A stretch of 64,000 nt of DNA from Azolla caroliniana. Taxonomy: Eukaryota > Plantae > Polypodiophyta. Position numbers and translations under genes: made by a program. This document shows, piece by piece, positions 53,021-64,000 of the stretch. Within the stretch, counting starts at the first letter, position 1, and every line of letters starts with the position of its first letter. The notes beneath the pieces were generated by a model. It searched no databases, was not told where the DNA came from, and saw only the letters and a list, made by a program, of their open reading frames with translations. The stretch covers positions 8,246,001-8,310,000 of the forward strand of contig JBHGNT010000021.1 of assembly GCA_043228905.1 (NCBI GenBank). The letters are read 5' to 3'.

Positions 53021-53951
53021 CGAAAGCATCCAAAAGATCTCGCCAACATTTCTTATATAGTTAAACACCTTACCATGACAACGACAATAATTGTTTCGCA
53101 TGTCATTAGGACAAGATTCCACTCTATTGTACATACAAGAAGTGCATTAATTCTTCATATGTAAAAGGTGATGAGATTAATGCATTGTTGTGACAAGATG
53201 TTTATAAGTGTTAAGATACAAAATTAAACATTAAGATTGTGTACATTAGAATAAAACAAACCATAATCAACACGAAAGCATTGTAAACAATGGATTGCCA
53301 AATAATAGTTACTTATAATAAATAATGGTGCCTCCTTAAACAAACTATATAAATGTTTGAAAACAAATTCATAGCCAAATGCTTAGGTGCAAGTTGTACC
53401 TAAATAACATGTAAACAATGCTTATAAATGGACACAATGCTTATAAGTTTGCACAAATTGAAACTCAAAATTCTTTTGCTACTCCATGACTCTTCAAGCA
53501 TGAACATTCAATAAGTCATTGACACATTGTCAAAAAGTGTAGAAGGATACATCAGCCTCCAAAAGGACCGCTAAAATTTAGTGTTTTCTTTCACTTTTAA
53601 TGCCTCCATGAGGATATTACCACAAGACTTATTGCCTAAAAGCACCATGAATTTCAACTAGTAAATTTCGCTCTAGAATGATCCAATACTCTATTTAGGT
53701 GAGATTGTAGTCATTGAAAGCCATGATGCTTTTAGGCAACAAATCTAGTGGCATGGACCTAAGTTTGCCATTTGCCTAAAAGTGAATTAGAAGGCTGGAT
53801 ATGAACCAAGTTTTAAGGGGAGATTTCTTTGTCAAAGATGATGCTCGAAACTTATAATAAATAATAAATAAATAGTGAATTGAATAAAAACCTCGACATC
53901 TTCAAGAGAAAATTATATATATAGAGAGAGAGAGTACATATGAATGAACAA

Positions 53952-56900
53952 TCATGGTACAAGAAGAGGGGGAACCCAATTTTGCATTGGAATTAGCTTC
54001 CTATCAACCAAAGACCCATTATGCAGCCAAAATGTCTCTGCTGACTGATGAAAGAGTCGCACCTTCCTTTGGAGTTCCCATAATATGCCCTCCATTGCTG
54101 AGCAACCTTCATGCTGTGATGCATAAACAAAGAGACATCTGATCGCTCTCCCACGGGTCAGCATTCGTTCCACATCAGCATCTGAATCTCAACAATCATC
54201 ATAGATCTAATTATTCATGTCAATAAGGTTTTCATACATAATATGTGCTTGGGAATATATGAAACAATGATCATGAACATGAAAATAATGAGTATGAAAT
54301 GTACCATGAACATCAATAGGAATGGACATGGATATAAATATGAATATCATAACAGTGCCCAGGAAAAGGGACTACATGATAAACAATCATGAACAACGGC
54401 TTTCTATGGTCTCCCTTCGCAATGCATGAGCACCATATAACCTTAAGAGTTATTGTGATTGGCTCCAAGATCATTTTAATCATAGGATGATACAAGAGCT
54501 TTGTCCTCAATAGATGTTACCATGCACAACAGCTCAGGAGTCCTGTAAAACTAACCATTTGAGACTTGAGTGTACCCTTCGGAACTTTGAATCCATTGAA
54601 ATTTCCCTCCTTGGATCTGAGTACGCCTTCGAGCATTAGCTCATAGTTACACAAAGGCAATGCCTTTGTGCTTGCAACCATGGCTGCTACTCCCAAGATT
54701 TGGAAGTAGCACCACACCTCAAGTTGCATTAGAGTCTATGATATCACATCTTCCAAACACGGGGATGAGAGCATATTGCTGAAGTTGCATAGAGATTCCA
54801 GTGCATACAGGTTTGGAATGTTCACACCACACCTCAAGTTGCATACAGAGTTTATGATATCACATCTTCCGAACACAGGGGGATGAGAGCATATTGTTAC
54901 TCTTCCAAACACAGGGGGTATGGGAGCACATTGCCAAAGCTGCAGAGAGATTCCAGGCTTCCCAGGACAGCCTAACCTAGATTTTTCATCTGAGTACGTT
55001 TGTGAATGAAAAATAGTTGGAGGCTATAACACCATGGTTTGTGATTGCTGATGATGGTTTTAAGACATCTGGATGATACACATTTTACAATCTAAAATCT
55101 GGAGTCTAAATCCTAATAATACAGCCACCTGAAAACCCATAATTTAACCAATTTCCACAATTAGAATCCACTGTGGAGCTTCCAGAGAACACTCCACTGA
55201 CCACTGTTGATAAGATAATCATTCAGCAAGAAAGTCTGCAGATTTAGCACTCACACATGTCTCCCTAGAAGCCCTGAATCAGAATTTCCTAGACCACATC
55301 GAAAGAGGCTTGTTTGAATATGGCAGGTCTTGATCACGCAGCCAAATGCCCAGCTATTCAAATATATCCTAACCCACTCATTTCTTCCACTGTCTTATAG
55401 CTTTAAAGTGACTTTATGCAGAATGTAGCCCTTAACTTCACAGTGACCTTAGAATTGGCCCAACTTTATGAATGGAAACGCACCATACACATCAAAATTC
55501 AGTGCTGAGTGAACAAATACATGGTCTAGACTCCATTGGACCTCGGGCATGTTGCCTTGCCAAATTTCAAGAGTTCAGGGGAAACAAGTAGAAAGGAAGA
55601 AAGTTATTAAGTAATGTCATAATAGAGCAACAAAAACGACACCTCTACTGTGGATATTCCCTATATACTTGGTGGCCCTCATTCCCTGTCTCTGTGGACA
55701 CCTTTGGTATGACAGTGGATGTCTAACTTTGGCAAAGCGACCTGGCAGCATATCTTGGAGAAGACACTAATATACTTTCTTTTTTTCTTCACACCTTAGG
55801 ATTATTCCATATAGCTTCAGACTTCTCTTTTCTTCTAATGTATGTTTTAATGTAATTTTAATGATCAAATTCTGGTTACTCAAACAAATATAATGATGTA
55901 CATTCTTAGTCTACTGGACATACTTGCCCCTTTCAACAAAATCAATGACTTCATCTCAGTCTTACATTAAAACATACTAACCTGATATGGATCGTAAGTA
56001 ATTTAACAAGTCTTCATCAATCCGTGTGGATGGCCACTTGATAGAAAACTGAGAATAATCTATTACATTTTGGAAAGGTAGCTCAACCTGATCAGATAAG
56101 ATAACTGGGACGCATTCCTGCTTGTGTAAAAACAAATCACAATGAGTTCATGCATGTAAATGTAGAGTTCGCATGACATTATACTTGTCTTTAGATTATA
56201 TACATATAGATTCAAAAACGGTATGTACCAGCTCTAAATTAAACAACAGAAAAACTAAGTTGCCTGACTTACAACAAAGAATGATTCATAAAATCGAAGT
56301 GTCCACGATGATTCACCACGTGGGGCCAAGCAAAATTTTGCATTGCGGAGATGCTCAAAATACTCTCTTCTCCCTAATTTCATTGGACCACTAAAAGCAA
56401 GCTTTGGAGATTCCAACTGCATTAACCAATATATCAGACATAAGCCTACATAAGTACTTGTGTAGCATATTGATCCTGTTACTAGATTCGAAGTCATGCA
56501 CCTCATGTGGAAATCTTTCAGCAAGTTCTATAAGCTGGAGCCTGCCAACTTTCCCCTGTGCACGGCCCAAGAAATTTGCAATGAATTTCCTTTGTGCCAG
56601 AGGTATTGGTTTAACTACATCTTCGGATATATGAACTTCTGAAGTTATGCTTTCATCCACATAGCCAGGAATTAAGATGTCTTTCCATGTATTAAATGCA
56701 GTAGTTCCACGCTTGTCTGTCCTATCTCCCTATACAAGTTTGGAAGTAACATTACACATAGTTGCATTCATTTGAACCATTACGCAAAATAACACAAAGA
56801 GATATCATAAATAATCTGAAACTTTCAGACATAAATTTGTAAAATATACACACTAGGAATCAGAAATTTCCATACATACACCATTAATATGTATAAACTA

Positions 56901-59900
56901 GCAATCCATATGTACATATTAATAGAGGGATGAAATGTAAAATCTAAAGGCCAATAATTCAAACAGATATGTATTTTCATATGATTTTGACATAGCAGCA
57001 TAACCTCTTGTGCATGTATATGTTACAAGTAAATAAGACATATCAAGCTTCAGGGCATCAATAGGTTCTTTAAAGAGTGCATAATTGGAAAACAACCATC
57101 TGATACCATGTTATACCACAATTGAATTTTTAAAAATTGAAGATCAATATCGATTAGAAATTGAATGCCCCTGACTGGCGAGAATTAAGTGAATCCACTA
57201 CAATATAAGGGATGAGCACCTCAGGAGTGAGAAAAATAGAGCGGTTTAAATAGATGCTCCAATCCTTGAATAAATGTGCACCAGCCCCACTGTATATTCA
57301 CCAGAAGAAGAATACAACCAATAAAGTCTATAGCTGAAATATTTAAACACAACATCGAAACAAAATTCTCACCTTGGAAAAATGAATATGTGATCACGAC
57401 CAGCAGAACGCCTGAAGTAAGGCATATACTCCAAGATCTGAACACAGGCACGCTTGCATCAATAAGAAAATCGGAAACACGTTGCAGCAATTGGCCATTG
57501 AAATAATAATGGAAAGAACATGATTTACACTGTCAACCTACTGGCCTGCACAAAAAATTTATTGATCTCTTTGTCACTCAGCCCACCATTCATCCTCACA
57601 CATTTTACATAAGTAGGGACAAAGAAAAGTTGGGCTTCTTCCTTTCGACGTGTTCGGTACTCTGATTGCAGCAATAGTTGATGAATCTTTACCTGTTACG
57701 CCACACACATGCTTAGGGTTGTAATTGTGATGCCATCATATACAACAGACTTAGATATGCATGATCAAAAACCTTCTCAAGTTCCTCTACTGTGTTTTCT
57801 TGTTGTTTTGCAGTCATTAAATCCTTTGCATAATCCTTATATTACTAGTGGGAAATCTTTGTTTGAGAAGAAAGAAATATTTATAGATTTTTCACATGCA
57901 AGCGAGCCATACGCGCAGCGGATGTCGAGACAAAGGATGACAAGCATGGTGAACCTTTCTTTGTTATAAAACCATTTCACGAAGAAGTAATCAAAGAGCA
58001 TATATATGCTCTAAAATATATTCCACACTATAGCATGGACATAAGCTTTTAACATATGAAGTATTCAATTTGCGTGACCATACATACATATTTGTACATA
58101 CATAAAAGTGCAGTGTACGACAATAAGAGAAAATTTTAGAAAACAGTTCCTAGAAGTTATAGCCTGCCTTGCAGTCAATCAAGTGGCAATCCTACAAACA
58201 AACGCCTGGACACATGGTTTGACTGTTTGCAAACATCCCTATAAATGGTCTATGTGTGAGCCATAACATTGTGTAGATCGATGGATAAGGTTGTATGATA
58301 ATGGGGCCCAATGATATTTCATCATGTAGTGTATTTAAAGATATTCCCCACCAAAAACAAATAAACTCAACTTGAACCTCCTGAACCACTGCGGTCTTTT
58401 AAAACTCTTGTATTCAGGAGATTGTTTCAAGTTGAATCAGAATATTTCAATGTAACATCTCAAGTAGGTAAAGGAAGTCATAATGTGGCATTGCATTGTG
58501 CAGTAAACTGTTCAGGGTTGGGCATTTGGGACTGATGCAGCTTTCATCGGCAGCACTGATTTTTCTTATTATACAGTAAATGACCAGAATAATGGTTACA
58601 AGTCAGATTAAATAGTTCTCTCAATATGGCTCTACCTCTAGTATAAAGTATTTGCTGTTATTCATTTGAGTGATGATATGTCTAAGAATACTAGATCAAG
58701 CATTCGTATCTCTCTAACATTGCCTCTCAATTTTTCCTATTCCTCACATTATTCACTCACAATCCTTTCAATGTCTTTAGGCACCATCAGTGTTGGCTGT
58801 GGATGTAATTAGAGCCTCCAAGACTTCAAATAATGTGAGTAGAGAGATTAGAAATGAGACTCACATACTTCAAATAGTTATGTAGGTTCTTGAATGGTGC
58901 TTAGATTTGTTAATAACTTGTTTAAGTAAGAATATCTAACTAGGTCTAACTGCCATGTATGTCAATCCAACTTTATTTTGATATATGGGTGAGGAAGGAT
59001 GATGATGTGGCATAGTGAATTTGAAGGCATGCTCTCTCTCTCTCTCACTCACTGAATAGTGTCACAGTTTACCACTCTCTTTGTTAATCAACTTTGATCT
59101 ATAGTGTTAGATGTATTCATTTTCTTATTTCCTTTGACCCTTCTTAAAGCCTCCTAGATTTGGAAATCATTGTACTAAAAAAAAGACTGAGTAGCATGTT
59201 TCAAATCATGGAACAAGTAACAGACCAACTTAGCTAATCATCCATTTAGACTGAACTAAACTAACCTATTAGGTAGCCTGAGTGTCCCATTGCCATTTAG
59301 ATGAACAAATTAACTTGAAGTCACCTCTCCACTAAACTGAATGTCCTTTGGTATGGGGATGATGTTTTACATCATAGCTTAACTAACCAACCAACCTGGG
59401 TGCCCCATTGCCCTTTAGCGCAAGATCTGGGATCAATTTTGTGATCACGGCCTCGTTGAAGCTCTTTCAATCCAGGCACTTCCCAATCTTCATATACATA
59501 GATTCGGAGATCTAGACTAGTACCATAGCCTTGATGAGGCCACCTCGAGCTCACTTTTTTACTGAATCTCTCATGGATAGTCCCCATCCCATGCTGCATA
59601 TTCGAGCTTGAACAAGTGTTGAAATAGCCATCAAGAATTCGAGTCCCTGACCATGAAGATAGATCTTATTTTACGTCTTTTTTTTATACATCGATGAATT
59701 GAATAAACCAGACATTAATGGCCAAACCCTAGTTTTCCAGTGTTATATTTGTATTTAACTTCCCAACATTTTTCCTTCCCTAAAAAACCTAATGTATGTA
59801 TGTGTTTCCTAACAGTATGTTTATCACCGAGACACTAACCCTAATTGCATGTGTTATGTTTATATGTATGCAACCACGAAACCCTGATCGTAGTGTTCCC

Positions 59901-60062
59901 TGTAAATAAATAAATGTATGCATATAGCTTACTTAGAACCACAAACCTAACACCGTTTTAGGGTTATGGTTTGGAAGTATTACCAGTGAAGGTGAGGAGG
60001 ACGAGAGCTACAGCACCGAAGATAGTAGAAGGTCCAGATTTGGACGTCTTTCCTCCCACCAT
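53952..60062 (-). CDS. GT47/exostosin-family glycosyltransferase, type II membrane protein (resembles Arabidopsis At1g21480), about 449 aa
   Basis: In-phase exons 59984-60062 (N-terminal TM), 59396-59646 (LRIYVY..KGQWGTQ), 57546-57692 (FFVPTY), 57373-57437 (GRDHIF), 57220-57289, 56502-56729, 56273-56416 (AKFCLAPRG), 55982-56117 (CVPVILSD..LPF), 53952-54181. Total 1350 nt. Confidence 0.93.
54710..54955. repeat. Intronic ~116 bp tandem duplication with a partial third copy
   Basis: CACCACACCTCAAGTTGCAT..ATGATATCACATCTTCC.AACAC.GGGGATGAGAGCATATTG repeated. Confidence 0.8.
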
Positions 60063-60086
60063 CACGTGAATTTGCCCAAAAATGAA

Positions 60087-60241
60087 GTGTGTGTATCGAG
60101 TGAGTGAGTGTTTCTGTGTGAGTGAGTGACTGAGTTTGTGAGTCTATGTATGTATGTATGTATGTATGTATGTATGTATGTATGTATGTATGTATGTATG
60201 TGTAAGTGTGTGTATTGAGTGATTGAGTGAGCGAGTGAGTT

Positions 60242-60276
<35 letters not shown>

Positions 60277-60356
60277 ATGTATGTATGTATGTATGTATGT
60301 ATGTATGTATGTATGTATGTGTAAGTGTGTGTATTGAGTGATTGAGTGAGCGAGTG

Positions 60357-60407
<51 letters not shown>

Positions 60408-60720
60408 ATGTATGTATGTATGTATGTATGTATGTATGTATGTATGTATGTATGTATGTATGTATGTGTGTGTGTGTGTGTGTATGTGTGTGTTTGTGTA
60501 TGTATGTATGTATGTATGTATGTATGTATGTATGTATGTATGTATGTATGTATGTGTGTGTGTGTGTATGTATGTATGTGTAAGTTTGTGTATTGAGTGA
60601 GTGAGTGCTTCTCTATGATTGATTGAGTGAGCGAGCGAGCGAGCGAGTTTGTGTGTCTATGTATGTATCAGTATGTATGTATGTACGTATGTATGTATGT
60701 ATGTATGTATATGTATGTGG
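60087..60720. repeat. Compound (TATG)n/(TG)n/(GAGT)n microsatellite with higher-order repeat
   Basis: Spacer TGTAAGT.TGTGTATTGAGTGA recurs near 60201, 60320 and 60579. Confidence 0.95.
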
Positions 60721-60789
60721 GCAACACATGTTTGTCTCCTCACATTTCACCCCATGATTTGACTGCGGGTGCCCAACACTATGTCCAGG

Positions 60790-62400
60790 TGGTGACATGT
60801 CACAACAACCTTGTCTACTTCACCACTACTCGCATTTTGAACCGAAGGCAAGCGTGATGGTCGACCGTCTTGGCCAATTACGACTTTGAAAATGTTTTCC
60901 GTCCTGGTGCCCAACATGGTAAAGTCGATGCCCTATCTCGGCGTTTGAAATTCGAAATTCAACCAGGGGATGCAACCTACAATCAACAATCACATTGTCT
61001 CTTGTAACCACGTCAAATTCAACTATGTGCAGCTTATATGGCTGTGGATGAATCATTACTCAATGCAATAGCCACAAATATTGCCACCAACAAATTTGCA
61101 AAAGAGATTAGGGAGAATCTCAACAACTCAGCCATTTGCCTCCATCTCGACGGACTTTATCACCGACCTTCCAAACATTGATGGATTCAATTCAGTACTA
61201 GTGGTGGTTGATAGATTCACAAAGATGGCACATTTTATTCCATGTTCTAAGGCAATTTCAAGGATGGAAACAACAGATCTATTATTAACAATTATTGTGC
61301 ACCTTCACGACTTACCGGATGACATTATCTTTGATCACGGTCCTCAATTTATGTCTCATTTCTGGAAACGCCTCTGCCAAACTCTTGGGACTTCTACCAA
61401 ATTTTTGACAACCTTCCATCCAGAGACAGATGGACAAATGGAACGAGTGAATCAAATCCTAGAGCAATATCTCAGATGTATGATAAGTTACCAACAAGAT
61501 GATTGGATCAAATTTCTTCCAATGGCCGAGTTCGCCTACAACAATACTCTCCACACATCAACTAGTGTAACACCCTTATTCGCAAACTACGGGTTCCAGC
61601 CACGCTTTAGCGTAGCTATCCCTACTGGTTCTGTGAATCCATCTATTGAAGAACGAGCTCGTTTGATGAAAGAAGTGCACCATGACCTATCCCTCAAACT
61701 CTCCATTGCTTAGGAACGACACAAAGAGAAGGTTTATCGACATCGGCGGCCTGCACCTGGTTTTAACGTCGGCGACATGGTATGACTATTACATCGGCAT
61801 ATTCTGACAACTCGTCCATGCAACAAACTTGATTACAAAAAATTGGGTTCGTTCCAATTCGTTGACAAAGTTAACCTTGTAGCTTTTCGTCTTGCTCTTC
61901 CATCTCACTACCGAATTCACAATGTCTTCCATGCATCACTTCTTGAGCTCTACCATCCATCCTCAATTCCAAGAAGAAGCATCGAGCCAACCCCCCCCCC
62001 CCCCCCCCCCCTTTGGCATTGGCAAACAGGGATGAGTATGAAGTCGAGACCATTGTAGACTCACGCAGGAGCCAACGAAAGCTCTAGTATATGGTCTTGT
62101 GGAAAGGGTATCCCATCTCTGAGGCCACATGGGAGCCTACAAAAAATTTACTCAATGTCCTATAAGTGTTTCATGATTTTCATCTCCAATATCCTCACAA
62201 ACCCGCACCTTCTTGAAGTCGACGCTTAAGGGGAGGATAATGTCATGAACATCGACCCAAACTTGAACCTAGGTCCTTGTATATATATATATATCCTAGG
62301 CAAACTTTAGACTTTAATCTTTGTATAAAGGGTTGCATGTAAGACTGCGTATGTATGACTTGGCATACAAGTATGAGCATACTTCACATGCATCACTTCA
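60790..62400 (+). mobile_element. Ty3/Gypsy chromovirus 3' remnant (RNase H end, integrase, chromodomain, PPT, LTR start)
   Basis: RPGAQHGKVDALSR; integrase 61081-61713 (ISTDFITDLP, VDRFTKMAHF, HPETDGQMER, AEFAYNN); IHNVFHASLL; chromodomain EYEVETIVDSR...WKGYPISEATWEP (about 62030-62215); PPT then TGTCATG at 62241. Confidence 0.9.
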
Positions 62401-62519
62401 TGTATAAAAAGGGTTGATCTCTCTTGTTAACATCAAGGAGATTAACACCAGTCATGGAATAGATATTCTTACTCATGGTCATCAACGTCCCCATCTCCCT
62501 ATCTTCCAATTGTTCATCT

Positions 62520-64000
62520 GTGACATTAGGAGCAGACAAGCTCCACCAATTTTCGTTGCACTCGGCCTTTGGCCAATTAACACTCCAAGCCTTCATCAAA
62601 GGCTTCAGGGGGAGGAACTAAAACAAAACCGAGACATGACATGAGTTGATAGTCGAATCAGAAGCCAAAACCGAAAATTGCCGACATGACATGAGTCGAT
62701 AGTTGAACCCTCACACTTCAGCTTGCGGGGGCGTGTTGAGATATCAAGCTAAACTAAGTTTGGTAATTTAGTCATGTAAAGAATCTTATATGATTCTCGT
62801 GCAATGGAAGAGATGTGTGTTATGTGTATGCGTGAGAGGAAAGGGATGAGAGAAGAGAAAACACAAGATGAATTGGTGAAAGACAAATGAAGTACTCAAG
62901 AAGAAGGTGTATATTAACAAGGAGAATAACAAATCCAAAATGTAACATTACAAGGAGTCACAACCGACTCCATATGAACTAGGAGGAGGGGGCTTTATAT
63001 AAGGTCGCCCTCTCTCTTCATTAACTCACTACAACAACCACTCTCTCTTGGGAATGTGAAGACTCATTAGTCACGGGGAATATGAAACTCATTAGTTATG
63101 TGTCATAGAATATGATTCTATGACACATGGTTTATGTGTAGAGAGTAGTGGTGTGACTCTTGACCTTTGAGTGATCATAGATTCTCAAAGCGTGCATTCA
63201 CACGTTGCACTAGGTTGAGTTTGATTCTCAACACGCCCCCTTAAGCTCAACTCAGGTCAGTTTCTTTCGGTTGATGTCTGCTTCGACTGGTATCCGGTTT
63301 GGACGAACTTCAGTGTCTGTTTTGGCTCGTACCCGGTTCAGACGGTATCCAGTTCTCTCTTGTACTCCCCCTTGTGAAATGTTACGTGCGAAAGCTATAT
63401 GAAACACAAAATACCAACAGGGAAAACAGGTTTAATTGAGAGCTTAAGACACGATTTACGCGGGAGAGACAAAAAGGGGAATTAACACATAGAAAAACTA
63501 ATTTCGAATAATGTGTAAACTCTGTACATAAGATGTGCTCAGAGAGCACTTTTATACGAGTCCATACGGACTGACAGAAGTATTGACATGTACTTCAATG
63601 CTCATAACTGAGTTCCTACACTAACTCCCAAATATATTCCCTCGTGGAATATCTGTTCAACGGCCTCTTGTTGCGCACCGGTTTATGCACCGGTTTACGG
63701 CCAATGTTGAGCTTGTATCTCAACACTCCCCCTCAAGCTCAACTTGAGGCTCTTCCGGTCCTTCGCTCCAGTTTCTCTTGACTTCACGCCTTGCTCGCGC
63801 TCCTCGACCTGTTCGATTCCGCACACCTCGACCCTTACGGTCAACTTGTCTACTCGTGCGGCCTTTTCTAGTTCCCTTGTTGTCATGGTGTTGGCGCCCC
63901 TTCTGCTGCCCTTTCTTCCTATTGAGAATCAAGCTCAACCGAAGTCTAGTGTGTGAACACACCCTTGAGAGTGTGCACTCAAAGGTCAAAAGTCACCACT
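62520..64000. mobile_element. Cluster of nested Copia 3' ends and LTRs
   Basis: + strand LGADKLHQF, PPT and LTR start at 62734; minus-strand LTR 62775-63233 with PPT; minus-strand LTR 63373-63725 with PPT; another + LTR from about 63920. Confidence 0.8.

Noticed and set aside
60342-60857. MYVC-repeat ORFs (also 38626-39025)
   Set aside because: Translations of (TATG)n/(TG)n microsatellites.

Overview
Eukaryotic plant nuclear DNA. The TE families and TE-filled long introns suggest a fern-like large genome (inference). Two intact, intron-rich host genes lie on the minus strand: ADA2 (13 coding exons, 23784-38490, about 572 aa) and a GT47/exostosin glycosyltransferase (9 exons, 53952-60062, about 449 aa, with one GC-AG intron). 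The rest is nested, decayed transposons: Ty3/Gypsy (non-chromovirus and chromovirus), several Ty1/Copia copies and solo LTRs, L1 and RTE-type LINEs, and a hAT DNA transposon carrying intron-containing BMS1 exons and a PPR fragment. The main oddities are that Pack-type hAT, a CDC45 fragment, a ~690 bp inverted duplication just upstream of ADA2, an LTR with a PPT on one side and a PBS on the other, solo LTRs with 4-bp ACGN target duplications, and a tRNA-like A/B-box module inside an LTR. I found no convincing wholly new biological system. All family calls come from motif recognition by eye, not database searches.
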